From Vicinamibacterales bacterium (GTDB lineage: Bacteria; Acidobacteriota; Vicinamibacteria; Vicinamibacterales; UBA8438): a stretch of DNA of 64,000 nucleotides. Below are positions 45,428 through 56,688 of the stretch, piece by piece. The notes under the pieces are model-generated. The model was not told where the DNA came from. It made no database searches and saw only the letters and a list, made by a program, of their open reading frames with translations. Location of the stretch: positions 3,805,038 through 3,869,037 of the forward strand of contig OZ244656.1 of assembly GCA_965218825.1 (NCBI GenBank), in the 5' to 3' direction. The number at the start of each line of letters is the position of its first letter. Positions within the stretch are counted from its first letter, which is position 1. A program made the position numbers and the translations under genes.

Positions 45428-46216
45428 TTGCTACTTGATTCGCAAACACGGCGGGAGTCTGGCGAGACCTTCCCCGAAGTCAGCAGACGTGACATCGCCA
45501 TCGCAGGTGAGGTGTATCCGGCCGGCCAACAAGTTGGCCGAGTGGCCAACACCTTGATTGGTAGCGTGATGGCATTTGACGCGCCAGCCGACCTCTGCCC
45601 GCGACTCGGCGTGACTCTTTGCGACAGCGTCGACAACCTAGAAGTGGCAAGACCCTTGCGACCAAAAAGGAGTATTAGGATGGCGTCAGGTCTTCCCCAC
45701 ATGGAGCAGCCCGGAGCGTCGACCTCGTGGGACGACGTCGTCGCCGGAGAGGAGCGGTGGACGAAACACGTGCTCCTGTACCTCGACGATTGGGACCCCG
45801 AGCCTCCCGACATGCCGGCCCAACGAGCGTCGGCATTTGCCGAGCTCGGTCGAATGCTTGATCGCTATGTTGCGGAGCACCAAGAGACTGCGCGGACGAT
45901 CTTTCGTCGTGCCCTCCACGCCGACATCCATCGGCGCTTCGTGCAGCGCCATGGTCACGATAGCGAGGACGGCCCCATCGGTCTCTACGAAGAGTGCAAG
46001 CGTCACGCGAGACTCGAATCGTCCGAGTGGGCGGGAGAGCCCCTTTCGGACGTTCTGGAACGGCGGCTTGCGGAGCTGACCTCGCTATCCGAACAGGTCG
46101 ACCCCGATCCGGACGTGATGACATCGCAAGGTACCAACGACGTGTTCACCCTCGTCACGCTCGGCGAGCAGCGTCGGGCGGTGATTGCGCTGCTGTCTTC
46201 CGATCCACATCCCTGA
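45428..46216 (+). CDS. Hypothetical protein (no recognisable family)
   Basis: Long ORF with a TTG start. An alternative ATG at 45680 is preceded by AAAAAGGAG (45664-45672) and would give 178 aa. Third-position GC looks lower in the first ~250 nt than in the surrounding genes. Confidence 0.4.
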   Translation: MLLDSQTRRESGETFPEVSRRDIAIAGEVYPAGQQVGRVANTLIGSVMAFDAPADLCPRLGVTLCDSVDNLEVARPLRPKRSIRMASGLPHMEQPGASTSWDDVVAGEERWTKHVLLYLDDWDPEPPDMPAQRASAFAELGRMLDRYVAEHQETARTIFRRALHADIHRRFVQRHGHDSEDGPIGLYEECKRHARLESSEWAGEPLSDVLERRLAELTSLSEQVDPDPDVMTSQGTNDVFTLVTLGEQRRAVIALLSSDPHP

Positions 46217-46330
46217 GCAGGTCGCTCATCCGTTCTTTGGTGGTACAGTCCACCGGGCACACGACATTCGCTTCCCGAGGGACTCGCTCAAGATGAGCTA
46301 AGGGGCGATGGCCGTTCACGAGGAGGGTCC

Positions 46331-47329
46331 ATGCGCGTACGACTTGGATTTGCGACCGCTATCGTGGCGATGTCACTGATCGTCTCGACCGACGTCACGG
46401 TTTCTCAGACGTCGGGTTTGCCTCCGCTCGTGAGTCAGGCGGAGTACGAGGAATGGATGACGGAGCTGTCGAACTGGGGGCGCTGGGGGCCCAATGACGA
46501 GCTCGGCGCGCTGAACTTGATCACGCCCGCGAAGCGGGCCGAGGCTGCGCGTCTGGTCACCGAGGGGTTCACGGTGTCACTCGCCTCGACGGCCAACACA
46601 GAACAGACAATTGACAATCCATGTCCGGTTACGTGGGAGATGGTCCGTGCGACTCGGGCCGCCGCGTCCGATAGGGTTGCCTACCCGTGCATTCACGGAC
46701 CCGGGACGACCCATCTGGATGCGTTTGCGCACATCTTCTTCGATGGTCGAATGTGGAACGGCTATGACGTCGAGAACCTGGTGACGATGGATGGTGGGGC
46801 CGCCAAGAACTCGATTCTCAACTTGAAGGACGGCATCGTGACGCGCGGTGTGCTGTATGACATCGCCAGGCTCAAGGGCGTCGACTATTTGGAGCCCGGC
46901 ACGCGGATTACCGTTGCGGATCTCGAGGCCTGGGAGCAACAGACCGGAGCGCGCGTGGGGCCAGGCGATGCGATGTTAATTCGATGGGGACGTTGGGCAC
47001 GACAGGAGGCAATTGGCCCCTACGACACCGGCGCGGAGGCGGCGGGACCCGACAACCGTGTCATCCCATGGATGAAGGCGCGGGACATCGCGGTCGCGGG
47101 GTGGGAAACGCCTGGCTACATGCCACAGCCCGAAGGTGATCTCCCGAGGTTGGCGCTGCACAACTTCGCGCTCACCATGCTTGGGGTCCATCTTCTCGAT
47201 CGGGCTGATTTCGATGCGCTAGCCGCCGCTGCCGCGGCGCGGAACCGGTGGGAGTTCATGCTGACCATTGCTCCGCTGCCGATTCCGAACGGAACAGGTT
47301 CGCCCGTGAATCCGCTGGCGATCTTCTGA
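46331..47329 (+). CDS. Cyclase-family protein (kynurenine formamidase-like metallohydrolase) with signal peptide
   Basis: Signal peptide (AIVAMSLIVSTDVTVSQ). HGPGTTHLDAFAH metal-binding motif. GAGGAGGG RBS lies upstream. Confidence 0.8.
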   Translation: MRVRLGFATAIVAMSLIVSTDVTVSQTSGLPPLVSQAEYEEWMTELSNWGRWGPNDELGALNLITPAKRAEAARLVTEGFTVSLASTANTEQTIDNPCPVTWEMVRATRAAASDRVAYPCIHGPGTTHLDAFAHIFFDGRMWNGYDVENLVTMDGGAAKNSILNLKDGIVTRGVLYDIARLKGVDYLEPGTRITVADLEAWEQQTGARVGPGDAMLIRWGRWARQEAIGPYDTGAEAAGPDNRVIPWMKARDIAVAGWETPGYMPQPEGDLPRLALHNFALTMLGVHLLDRADFDALAAAAAARNRWEFMLTIAPLPIPNGTGSPVNPLAIF

Positions 47330-47359
47330 GCGCCCGACGCGCGCGACGTGCGTTTTGTC

Positions 47360-48112
47360 TCAGGGGTCCCGCTTCCCGTCTAGACCAACGGCAAAGCACC
47401 GAACCTGGGTCAGCGGCTCCGTGGTTGCCAAGGCCGCGACGTAGCCTGTTGGAGCCGGGAGGTCGACGATCTGCCAGACCGACTGCGGATCGTCGGCGAG
47501 TGAGGTGACGAGCGGGGCCGCTGGCTCGTCCGGCGACACGTCGATCGACGAGAGCGGCATGGCGAGGCCTTGGCCCACAGCCTTCAGCACGGCCTCTTTC
47601 CGGACCCACGTGGTGAAGAAGTGGCGGAACCGCGTATCGCCCTCGGCGTGGTCGATTTGCTTCGATTCTGTCGGCGTGAAAAACCGTTCGGCGATCGAGC
47701 TGATCTCGATGTTCGGTCGGATCCGTTCGACGTCGACGCCGAGGGAGCCTTCGCACCGGAAGCCGAACAGGCCAAGGTCGGACGCGTGGGACATGTTGAA
47801 CGCCAACGTTTCGCTGCCGGCAAGTGCCGGTTTCCCTCCGTCTTGTCGAACCAGCGGGACCGATCGCGGCGCGACGCCAAGATAGCGTCCCAGAAGGCGC
47901 CGGAGCGCGACGTGGGCCACCACATACCGCTGACGGTCGCGATCGAACCGAAACTTGGCGGCCCGCTCGAGCTCGTCGTCTGTGAGTTCAGACGACGCGT
48001 CGAATTCGTCGGGTAAGGGCGTGTCGAGCCGCGCGAGCCAGGAGTCGACGACACCCGCCGGCAGGTCGAGGTGCGTCGGGGGCTCAGACCAGCGGGTTGC
48101 AATCTGCAGCAC
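47360..48112 (-). CDS. 4'-phosphopantetheinyl transferase (Sfp type)
   Basis: GGKPAL..., FNMSHASDLGLFGF, GVDVERI, ERFFTPTE, FFTTWVRKEAVLKAVGQG: the canonical Sfp-family motifs. Confidence 0.85.
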   Translation of the reverse strand: MLQIATRWSEPPTHLDLPAGVVDSWLARLDTPLPDEFDASSELTDDELERAAKFRFDRDRQRYVVAHVALRRLLGRYLGVAPRSVPLVRQDGGKPALAGSETLAFNMSHASDLGLFGFRCEGSLGVDVERIRPNIEISSIAERFFTPTESKQIDHAEGDTRFRHFFTTWVRKEAVLKAVGQGLAMPLSSIDVSPDEPAAPLVTSLADDPQSVWQIVDLPAPTGYVAALATTEPLTQVRCFAVGLDGKRDP

Positions 48113-48159
48113 GTGACCGAACTTACCACGACCGCGCCGTGAACCGACGGATGTTGGCT

Positions 48160-49860
<1,701 letters not shown>

Positions 49861-49893
49861 CTACGATTATAGTGGGGTTGGGCCCATGACGGA

Positions 49894-50502
49894 TCATTTG
49901 CGCGGGTCAGCTTCTTGATTCAGCTTGGCGGCAATCCTGTTCAGGCACTCGCGTTCTTCGCGCGAGATCGGCGCCATCCGAAGGATACCGCCGCTGGCCT
50001 CGGCGATTCGTGTACACCACGCTACCAGTTCGTCCTTCGTTTGCTGCCGGTTTGGCGCGTCTCGTAGTACCAGGCTTTTCCGAATCGCCTCGAAGGCGTC
50101 GTCAAAGAACTCCTGACCAGGATGCTGATCGAGCCAGGTAGTGAGCTGGTTGTGGGCCGCTGAGTCCGGCCCGACCCCGCGGCTCTCGGCGAGGGCGAGA
50201 ATAAGCTCCCGTTCACGTAGTGTGACCTCACCTTCAGACCAGGCGACCTCGACGAGCGGAACGAGGTGCAGTAGCATGAGGTTCGATGAGTTGAAGCCGG
50301 CCTCCCGGAGATGTGACAGCAGCACGCTGTCGTGGACGTCGAGCTGGTCCTCAAGCCCGCTGAGATCACGCTGGCGCCTGCCCTGCTCGCGCAGTCGTTC
50401 GATGAGCTCGCGGTCGTGGCGCTGGAAGTACTGGTTCTCCAACGCCTGTTCGCGGTCGCCAAGCCATTCCTTCGGGGACATCAAGGATTCCTCCAGACTC
50501 AC
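49894..50502 (-). CDS. Hypothetical protein, possibly TerB-like helical domain
   Basis: LVPLVEVAWSEGEVTLRERELILALAE resembles the TerB/DjlA-N type xADGxxxxxE helix pattern. It is on the same strand as groEL and 84 nt upstream of it. The family assignment is tentative. Confidence 0.5.
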   Translation of the reverse strand: MSLEESLMSPKEWLGDREQALENQYFQRHDRELIERLREQGRRQRDLSGLEDQLDVHDSVLLSHLREAGFNSSNLMLLHLVPLVEVAWSEGEVTLRERELILALAESRGVGPDSAAHNQLTTWLDQHPGQEFFDDAFEAIRKSLVLRDAPNRQQTKDELVAWCTRIAEASGGILRMAPISREERECLNRIAAKLNQEADPRK

Positions 50503-50846
50503 CGGTTACTGCAGGCGGCTGGTTCGCTTCAAAGTAAGACTAGTACTATTGGTTCGCACCGAATCCCAGTAAGACAAGCAACGGAACTGCGGAAAAATTC
50601 GCACCCTCGTTCAGAGGATTCCCGCGATGATACTTCGGTTGTGCCAAGGTTACGGAGGCCATTCCGGACGATGAGCTCGGCACCGAGCGTCTCTGAGAGA
50701 CGAGCGAGCTGCACTGTCAGAGAAGTCGGTCGGGTGAAAGATCGGGTTCAGGTCCATTGGCGGTGCCTTTCGACGCACGATAAGTATGCCACCCCGAATG
50801 CTCCTGTTGTAATCTCTGCAGATGCCTCGAGTCAGGACGAGACGAT

Positions 50847-53519
50847 ATGCATAACTCGGTCGATGAGCCCCGTGAGATCGGCGCGTCCGCGATTCGGGAA
50901 TGGCTCGATTCGCTCGATGCCGTCATCGATCATCACGGACTCAGTGAGACCGGCCGTCTCTTACAGCGACTTACCCGTAGGGCCGAGCGCGCAGGGGTTC
51001 AGCTTCCGTTTTCGGCCAACACTCCGTACATCAACACGATCCCGCCAGATGAGGAGCGCTCGTATCCCGGTGACAGGGACATCGAGCAACAGATCAAGAG
51101 CCTCGTAAGGTGGAACGCCCTCGCGATGGTCGTGCGGGCGAACCACCGCCAGGAAGGGATCGGCGGACACATCTCGACCTACGCTTCGGCAGCAACGCTG
51201 TACGAAGTTGGGTTCAACCATTTCTTTCGAGCCACGACCGACGAGTCCGAAGGTGACCTGGTCTACTTTCAGGGCCATGCGACACCCGGCGTGTACGCCC
51301 GGGCGTTCATCGAAGGGCGGCTGACCGTCGAGCACCTCGAGAACTTTCGCAGGGAACTCGCGCCGGCCGGCGGGCTGTCGTCGTATCCCCACCCATGGCT
51401 GATGCCTGATTTCTGGGAGTTCCCGACGGTGTCGATGGGCCTCGGCCCGATCATGGCCATCTATCAGGCTCGGTTTCAGCGGTATCTCGAGGACCGGGGT
51501 CTCAAGCTCGCATCCAGCGCCAAGGTCTGGGCGTTCCTCGGCGACGGTGAAACTGACGAGCCCGAGTCGCTCGGTGCGATTACGCTCGCGGCGCGTGAGC
51601 AGCTCGACAACCTCGTCTTCGTCGTCAACTGCAACCTGCAGCGCCTCGATGGACCCGTCAGAGGCAACGGACAGATCATCCAGGAGCTCGAGGCAGCGTT
51701 CCGGGGGGCCGGATGGAATGTGATCAAAGTGATTTGGGGACGCGACTGGGATCCGCTGCTCGCGAAGGATGATGACGGCGCGCTTGTACGTCGAATGAGC
51801 GAGACAGTAGACGGTCAGTATCAGAAGTACGCCGTCGAGTCTGGGGCCTACGTGCGCGAGCATTTCTGGGGTCAATCACCTCAGCTGCTCAACCTGGTGA
51901 GCCACCTGACTGATTCGGAGCTCAAGAAGCTTCGCCTTGGTGGTCACGATCCGGCCAAGGTCTACACGGCATTCAGAGCGGCCGTCGAGCACACAGGGTC
52001 GCCGACCGTCATCTTGGCGCGCACGATCAAGGGCTACGGCCTGGGAGAAACGGGTGAGGGGCGGAACATCACCCACCAGCAAAAGAAGCTGAACGAGGAC
52101 GAGCTCAAGCTGTTCCGCACGCGTTTTGCTATTCCGCTTTCGGACGATCAGGTCGTCGACATCCCCTTCTATCGTCCGGCAGAGGACAGCCCGGCCGTGA
52201 CCTATCTGCAGGATCGGCGCCGCGCGCTCGGAGGATACGTCCCGCGTCGCGTCGCGCGCGCCCAACCATTGAGTCCCGTGTCGGCCGATGTGTTTCAGGA
52301 GCTTCATCAGGGGACCGATGAACGAGGGGTGTCCACGACGATGGCGTTCGTCCGATTGCTCGGGCGCCTGCTCCGAGAGCCGGAGATCGGCAAGCTGATC
52401 GTTCCGATCGTGCCGGATGAGGCACGGACGTTTGGAATGGAGGCGCTCTTCCGTCAGGTTGGCATCTATGCGCACGCGGGTCAACTCTACGAGCCGGTCG
52501 ACCACGGCACGCTCCTGTACTACAAGGAGGCGGAGAACGGTCAGATTCTCGAAGAGGGCATAACTGAAGCGGGCTCGCTCTCCTCGTTCATCGCTGCGGG
52601 TACCGCGTACGCGAATCGCGGCATCAACACTATTCCGTTCTTCATCTTCTATTCGATGTTCGGGTTCCAGCGAGTCGGCGATCTCATTTGGGCGGCCGCC
52701 GATTCGAGGTGCCGGGGCTTCCTGATCGGTGGCACCGCAGGCCGCACGACGCTGGCGGGCGAAGGACTGCAGCACCAGGACGGTCACAGCCACTTGCTCG
52801 CCTATCCAGTACCCAACCTCCGGGCGTATGATCCCGCGTTTGCGTATGAGCTGGCCGTGATCGTCGAGGATGGCATTCAGCGGATGTATGTCGACCAGGA
52901 GAGCGTGTTCTACTACTTGACCGTCGAGAACGAGCCCTATCCGATGCCGGCCATGCCCGATGGATGCCGTGACGGGATTCTTCGGGGGCTGTATCGCTTC
53001 AAGCGATCGGACTCGTCGTCACTCGCACACCGGGCGCAGCTGTTGGGCAGCGGGCCTATCCTGCTCGAAGTGCTTCGGGCGCAGGCCATGCTGGAGCGGT
53101 ATGACGTGGCAGCCGACGTCTGGAGCGTCACCAGCTGGGCACAGCTGTATCGTGACGGCCACAATTGCGACCGATGGAACATGCTGCATCCGCTCGAGTC
53201 GCCTCGCGAACCGTATGTGACGCAGTGTCTCGGCCGCGAGCCCGGCGTCGTCGTGGCTGCCAGTGACTATGTCAGAGCGCTACCGGACTCTCTGAGCCAG
53301 TGGCTGGACACGCGGCTGGTGGCGCTCGGAACGGACGGGTTCGGGCGAAGCGAGAGCCGGGCGGAGCTTCGAAACTTCTTCGAAGTAGACGCACGTTTTA
53401 TCACGCTCGCCACGCTGCGCGCGTTGTCCCGCGATGGCGTCGTGACGCCGGACGTGGTGGCGCAGGCCATTCGCGATCTCGACATCGATCCTGACAAGAG
53501 CGCCCCGATGCTGTCGTGA
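50847..53519 (+). CDS. aceE: Pyruvate dehydrogenase E1 component, homodimeric type
   Basis: About 890 aa. Blocks are characteristic of AceE (GGHISTYASAATLYEVGFNHFFR, GDLVYFQGH.TPG.YARAF.EGRL, LGDGE.DEPES.GA, NLQRLDGPVRGNG, GTDGFGRSE). It is followed by an E2 gene. Confidence 0.95.
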   Translation: MHNSVDEPREIGASAIREWLDSLDAVIDHHGLSETGRLLQRLTRRAERAGVQLPFSANTPYINTIPPDEERSYPGDRDIEQQIKSLVRWNALAMVVRANHRQEGIGGHISTYASAATLYEVGFNHFFRATTDESEGDLVYFQGHATPGVYARAFIEGRLTVEHLENFRRELAPAGGLSSYPHPWLMPDFWEFPTVSMGLGPIMAIYQARFQRYLEDRGLKLASSAKVWAFLGDGETDEPESLGAITLAAREQLDNLVFVVNCNLQRLDGPVRGNGQIIQELEAAFRGAGWNVIKVIWGRDWDPLLAKDDDGALVRRMSETVDGQYQKYAVESGAYVREHFWGQSPQLLNLVSHLTDSELKKLRLGGHDPAKVYTAFRAAVEHTGSPTVILARTIKGYGLGETGEGRNITHQQKKLNEDELKLFRTRFAIPLSDDQVVDIPFYRPAEDSPAVTYLQDRRRALGGYVPRRVARAQPLSPVSADVFQELHQGTDERGVSTTMAFVRLLGRLLREPEIGKLIVPIVPDEARTFGMEALFRQVGIYAHAGQLYEPVDHGTLLYYKEAENGQILEEGITEAGSLSSFIAAGTAYANRGINTIPFFIFYSMFGFQRVGDLIWAAADSRCRGFLIGGTAGRTTLAGEGLQHQDGHSHLLAYPVPNLRAYDPAFAYELAVIVEDGIQRMYVDQESVFYYLTVENEPYPMPAMPDGCRDGILRGLYRFKRSDSSSLAHRAQLLGSGPILLEVLRAQAMLERYDVAADVWSVTSWAQLYRDGHNCDRWNMLHPLESPREPYVTQCLGREPGVVVAASDYVRALPDSLSQWLDTRLVALGTDGFGRSESRAELRNFFEVDARFITLATLRALSRDGVVTPDVVAQAIRDLDIDPDKSAPMLS

Positions 53520-53543
53520 GCTGACGACACGACGAGTACGCAC

Positions 53544-54887
53544 GTGGCTACTGAATTCACGCTTCCTGAGCTTGGCGAGAACATCGAGAACGGCGATGTG
53601 ATTCGCGTGCTCGTCGCCGCCGGGGATACCGTCGCCGCCGACCAACCAGTTGTTGAGCTCGAAACCGACAAAGCCACCATAGAAGTGCCGTCCCCCGCAG
53701 CCGGGCTGGTCTTGCGCGTGGCGGTGAAAGAGGGTGAGACGATCGCGGTCGGTCAGCTGCTGTTGGTCATTGAAGCCCTTGACGCGAGAGAGCCAGACGC
53801 GGCTTCCGAAAAAGAGGTGCAGCCCCAGCCCGCTGAAACAGCCCCGCCTAAGGCGTCGCCGCAAGCTCCTAAGGCTCCGCATGGCGCACCCGAGACGTCG
53901 CAGGCCCCACGGCCGCCCGCCGTTGCCGCTGATGATCCTTCAGCGCCCTCAGCCCCGGAAAGTCCCGGTGCCGCGGCGCCTTCCAGGGGCCGACCAATCC
54001 TTGCCGCGCCGTCGGTCAGACACCTTGCGCGCGAGTTCGGTGTCGAGCTTGCCGACGTAACAGGGTCTGGTGCGCGCGGCCGCGTGGTTGCCGACGATAT
54101 CAAGTCGTATGCGAAGCGGACGCTGCAGCAGGTTCGCCAAGGGCACGCACCGGTGTCTGAGCCGGAGCTACCGGATTTCGCGAAGTGGGGATCTATCGAG
54201 CGGACGCGAATGCGGAGCGTGCGACGCGCCACCGCTCGCCAAATGAGTACGGCTTGGCGCACCGTTCCGCACGTGACCCAGCACGACAAAGCCGACCTCA
54301 CCCACTTTGAATCGACTCGTCAACAACTCAAGAAGGAGTCCCCGGACATCCCGCTCACCGTCACGTCGTTTACGGTGAAGGTGCTCGCCGCTGCGCTCAA
54401 GGAGTTTCCTCAGTTCAACGCGTCGATCGACATCGCGCGCGAGGAAATCGTCTACAAGCACTACATCAACATCGGTGTCGCCGTGGACACCGAGCGTGGG
54501 TTGCTCGTACCGGTCGTCAGGAACGCCGATGAGAAGACGCTGGTCGAGGTGTCGCAGGAAATCGCGACCGTGGCCGAGAAGGCTCGTTCAAAGACGGTGA
54601 CCCTCGACGATCTACAGAGCGGCACATTCACGTTGACGAACCTAGGCGGACTTGGTGGAACGTCCTTCACGCCGATCATCAACTACCCGGAGGTCGCGAT
54701 CCTGGGCCTGTCACGCTCGAGTTATCAGCCAGTGCTCTTCGACCAGGAGTTCAAGCCCAGGCTCATGATGCCCTTGTCGCTGTCCTACGATCACCGTCTG
54801 ATCGATGGCGCTGTCGCGGTCCGCTTCCTACGGTGGGTTGCCGTCCGTTTGGAGCAGCCGCTCCGGCTTAGCCTGGATCAGATCTGA
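53544..54887 (+). CDS. aceF: Dihydrolipoamide acetyltransferase (E2) of a 2-oxoacid dehydrogenase complex; one lipoyl domain
   Basis: Lipoyl-lysine context VVELETDKATIEVPS. Ala/Pro linker. E3-binding domain (APSVRHLAREFGVELADVTGSGARGRV). Catalytic domain with SYDHRLIDGA. GTG start. Confidence 0.9.
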   Translation: MATEFTLPELGENIENGDVIRVLVAAGDTVAADQPVVELETDKATIEVPSPAAGLVLRVAVKEGETIAVGQLLLVIEALDAREPDAASEKEVQPQPAETAPPKASPQAPKAPHGAPETSQAPRPPAVAADDPSAPSAPESPGAAAPSRGRPILAAPSVRHLAREFGVELADVTGSGARGRVVADDIKSYAKRTLQQVRQGHAPVSEPELPDFAKWGSIERTRMRSVRRATARQMSTAWRTVPHVTQHDKADLTHFESTRQQLKKESPDIPLTVTSFTVKVLAAALKEFPQFNASIDIAREEIVYKHYINIGVAVDTERGLLVPVVRNADEKTLVEVSQEIATVAEKARSKTVTLDDLQSGTFTLTNLGGLGGTSFTPIINYPEVAILGLSRSSYQPVLFDQEFKPRLMMPLSLSYDHRLIDGAVAVRFLRWVAVRLEQPLRLSLDQI

Positions 54888-54963
54888 CGGTCGCCGCCGC
54901 GACCCACATCATCATCATGAGACGTTGATGCGAGACTGACACCGTGACCAGGAGACGTTCCCG

Positions 54964-56688
54964 ATGAAGAAGATGAAGAGGATGAAGAGACTGCTTGGGG
55001 TCCTTGCTTTCGCCGCCATCGCCGCGCTGCTGATCCCGGTCGTTGCGAGTCAGCAGGATTCCGCGTATTCGCCTGTTACCGATCAACATCTCCGAAATCC
55101 GCCGCCGGAGGATTGGCTCATGTACCGGCGAACCTACGACAGCTGGGGCTACAGCCCATTGGATCAAATCACGACGGCTAATGTTGATCGGCTCGTGCCC
55201 GCCTGGACGTTTTCGACCGGGGTCAATTCGGGTCACCAGGCACCGCCACAGGTCCGGGACGGCGTCATGTTCGTGTCTACACCCGGTAACCAAGTGCTCG
55301 CGCTCGATGCTCGGTCAGGCGAGTTGCTCTGGCGTTACGTGAGGGACGTACCCGACGGGTGTTGCGGCCATCGCACGAACCGGGGCGTCGGCCTCTACGG
55401 TGACCTGGTGTTTGTGACGACCCAGGATGCGCATGTCGTCGCGCTCAACGCCCTTACCGGGGCCGTCGAATGGGACACAACCATTGAAGACCACCGCAAC
55501 GGGTACTACATGACGATGGCGCCGTTGGTCGCCAACGGCAAGGTGATGGTCGGGGTTTCAGGTGGCGAGCGCGGGATCCGCGGGTTTGTCGCGTCGCTCG
55601 ATGCGAGCGACGGCCGTGAGCTCTGGCGCGCGTTCACCGTGCCAGGTCCCGACGAGCCTGGCGGCGATACATGGCCGGGTGAGACCTGGCGAAACGGAGG
55701 GGCTGCCGTGTGGATCACCGGCTCGTTCGATCCGGAGCTCAACCTAACCTACTGGGGCACCGGGAACCCTGGTCCGTGGATCGGCGACATGCGCCCTGGG
55801 GATAACCTCTATACGAATTCGGTGATTGCCCTAGACGCGGACACGGGTGAGCTGAAGGGGTACCACCAGTATCACTGGAACGGCTCGTGGGACTGGGACG
55901 AAGTGTCGGCGCCACTTCTGATCGACGTCAACCGCGACGGTCGAACGATTCCAAGCCTTGTTCATCCGGCTCGAAACGGCTACTTGTGGGTCCTCGAACG
56001 TGCTGCCAGCGCCATCCACTTCGTCGGCGCTCAACCCTATGTGTATCAGAACGTGTTCACCAGCGTCGACGATGAGACCGGACGTCCCACGTACGATCCG
56101 GACCGCACACCCGGAACTGGGAAACGTGCCGAGTTTTGTCCGTCGCTCTGGGGTGGGAAAGACTGGCCGCCTGCGGCGTTCAGTCCCGTCACCGGGTACC
56201 TGTATATCCCAGCCAACGAAGGACTTTGTTCGGCGATTGAGGGTGTTCCGGTTGAGTACGAGCCCGGCCGCGGATACACGGGCGCGGTCATGGAGCACTT
56301 CGTCCGAGAGGGCGTCGACCATCTGGGCGAGCTACAAGCCTGGGATCTTGATGCTGGCGAGCGGGTGTGGACCCATGAGTTTGCATCGCACAACTGGGGC
56401 CCCGTGCTGGCGACCGGCGGCGGTCTGGTCTTCGCGGGCGGTACGAACGACCGGTACTTCCGCGCGTTTGACGCCGAAACGGGCGACGTCCTGTGGCAGC
56501 AACGGACCAACTCCGGCGTGACTGGGGTGCCGACAAGTTATGCGATCGACGGTGTTCAGTACGTGGCGGTGCAGTCGGGTTATGGCGTCGACGCGCAGAC
56601 GATGCAGGGGGTGGTCAACCGGAGCCGTGGCGAGGACTTCCAGGTACCCCAAGGCGGGGTTATCTGGGTGTTTGCGCTCCGAGACTAA
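54964..56688 (+). CDS. PQQ-dependent alcohol (methanol/ethanol-family) dehydrogenase, exported
   Basis: Signal peptide. Vicinal Cys pair DGCCGH. Propeller W-motifs. Active-site WDWD (Asp310-Trp-Asp312, nt 55891-55899). Length is typical of XoxF/ExaA-type enzymes. Confidence 0.9.
   Translation: MKKMKRMKRLLGVLAFAAIAALLIPVVASQQDSAYSPVTDQHLRNPPPEDWLMYRRTYDSWGYSPLDQITTANVDRLVPAWTFSTGVNSGHQAPPQVRDGVMFVSTPGNQVLALDARSGELLWRYVRDVPDGCCGHRTNRGVGLYGDLVFVTTQDAHVVALNALTGAVEWDTTIEDHRNGYYMTMAPLVANGKVMVGVSGGERGIRGFVASLDASDGRELWRAFTVPGPDEPGGDTWPGETWRNGGAAVWITGSFDPELNLTYWGTGNPGPWIGDMRPGDNLYTNSVIALDADTGELKGYHQYHWNGSWDWDEVSAPLLIDVNRDGRTIPSLVHPARNGYLWVLERAASAIHFVGAQPYVYQNVFTSVDDETGRPTYDPDRTPGTGKRAEFCPSLWGGKDWPPAAFSPVTGYLYIPANEGLCSAIEGVPVEYEPGRGYTGAVMEHFVREGVDHLGELQAWDLDAGERVWTHEFASHNWGPVLATGGGLVFAGGTNDRYFRAFDAETGDVLWQQRTNSGVTGVPTSYAIDGVQYVAVQSGYGVDAQTMQGVVNRSRGEDFQVPQGGVIWVFALRD

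Noticed and set aside
50549-50566. tRNA/tmRNA T-arm-like string ggttcgcaccgaatcc
   Set aside because: It does not fit the GGTTCGAATCC T-loop geometry. There is no acceptor stem or CCA context around it. It is treated as part of a direct repeat instead.
54889-54904. Hairpin ggtcgc-cgcc-gcgacc just after the aceF stop as an intrinsic terminator
   Set aside because: The stem is only 6 bp and has no downstream T-tract. It is not convincing as a rho-independent terminator.
56660-56688. 29-nt overlap of the convergent 3' ends of the PQQ dehydrogenase and FkbM genes
   Set aside because: The overlapping part of the FkbM ORF is a non-conserved 22-aa tail after the shared module. This is probably just read-through to the first stop and is not evidence for a special regulatory arrangement.
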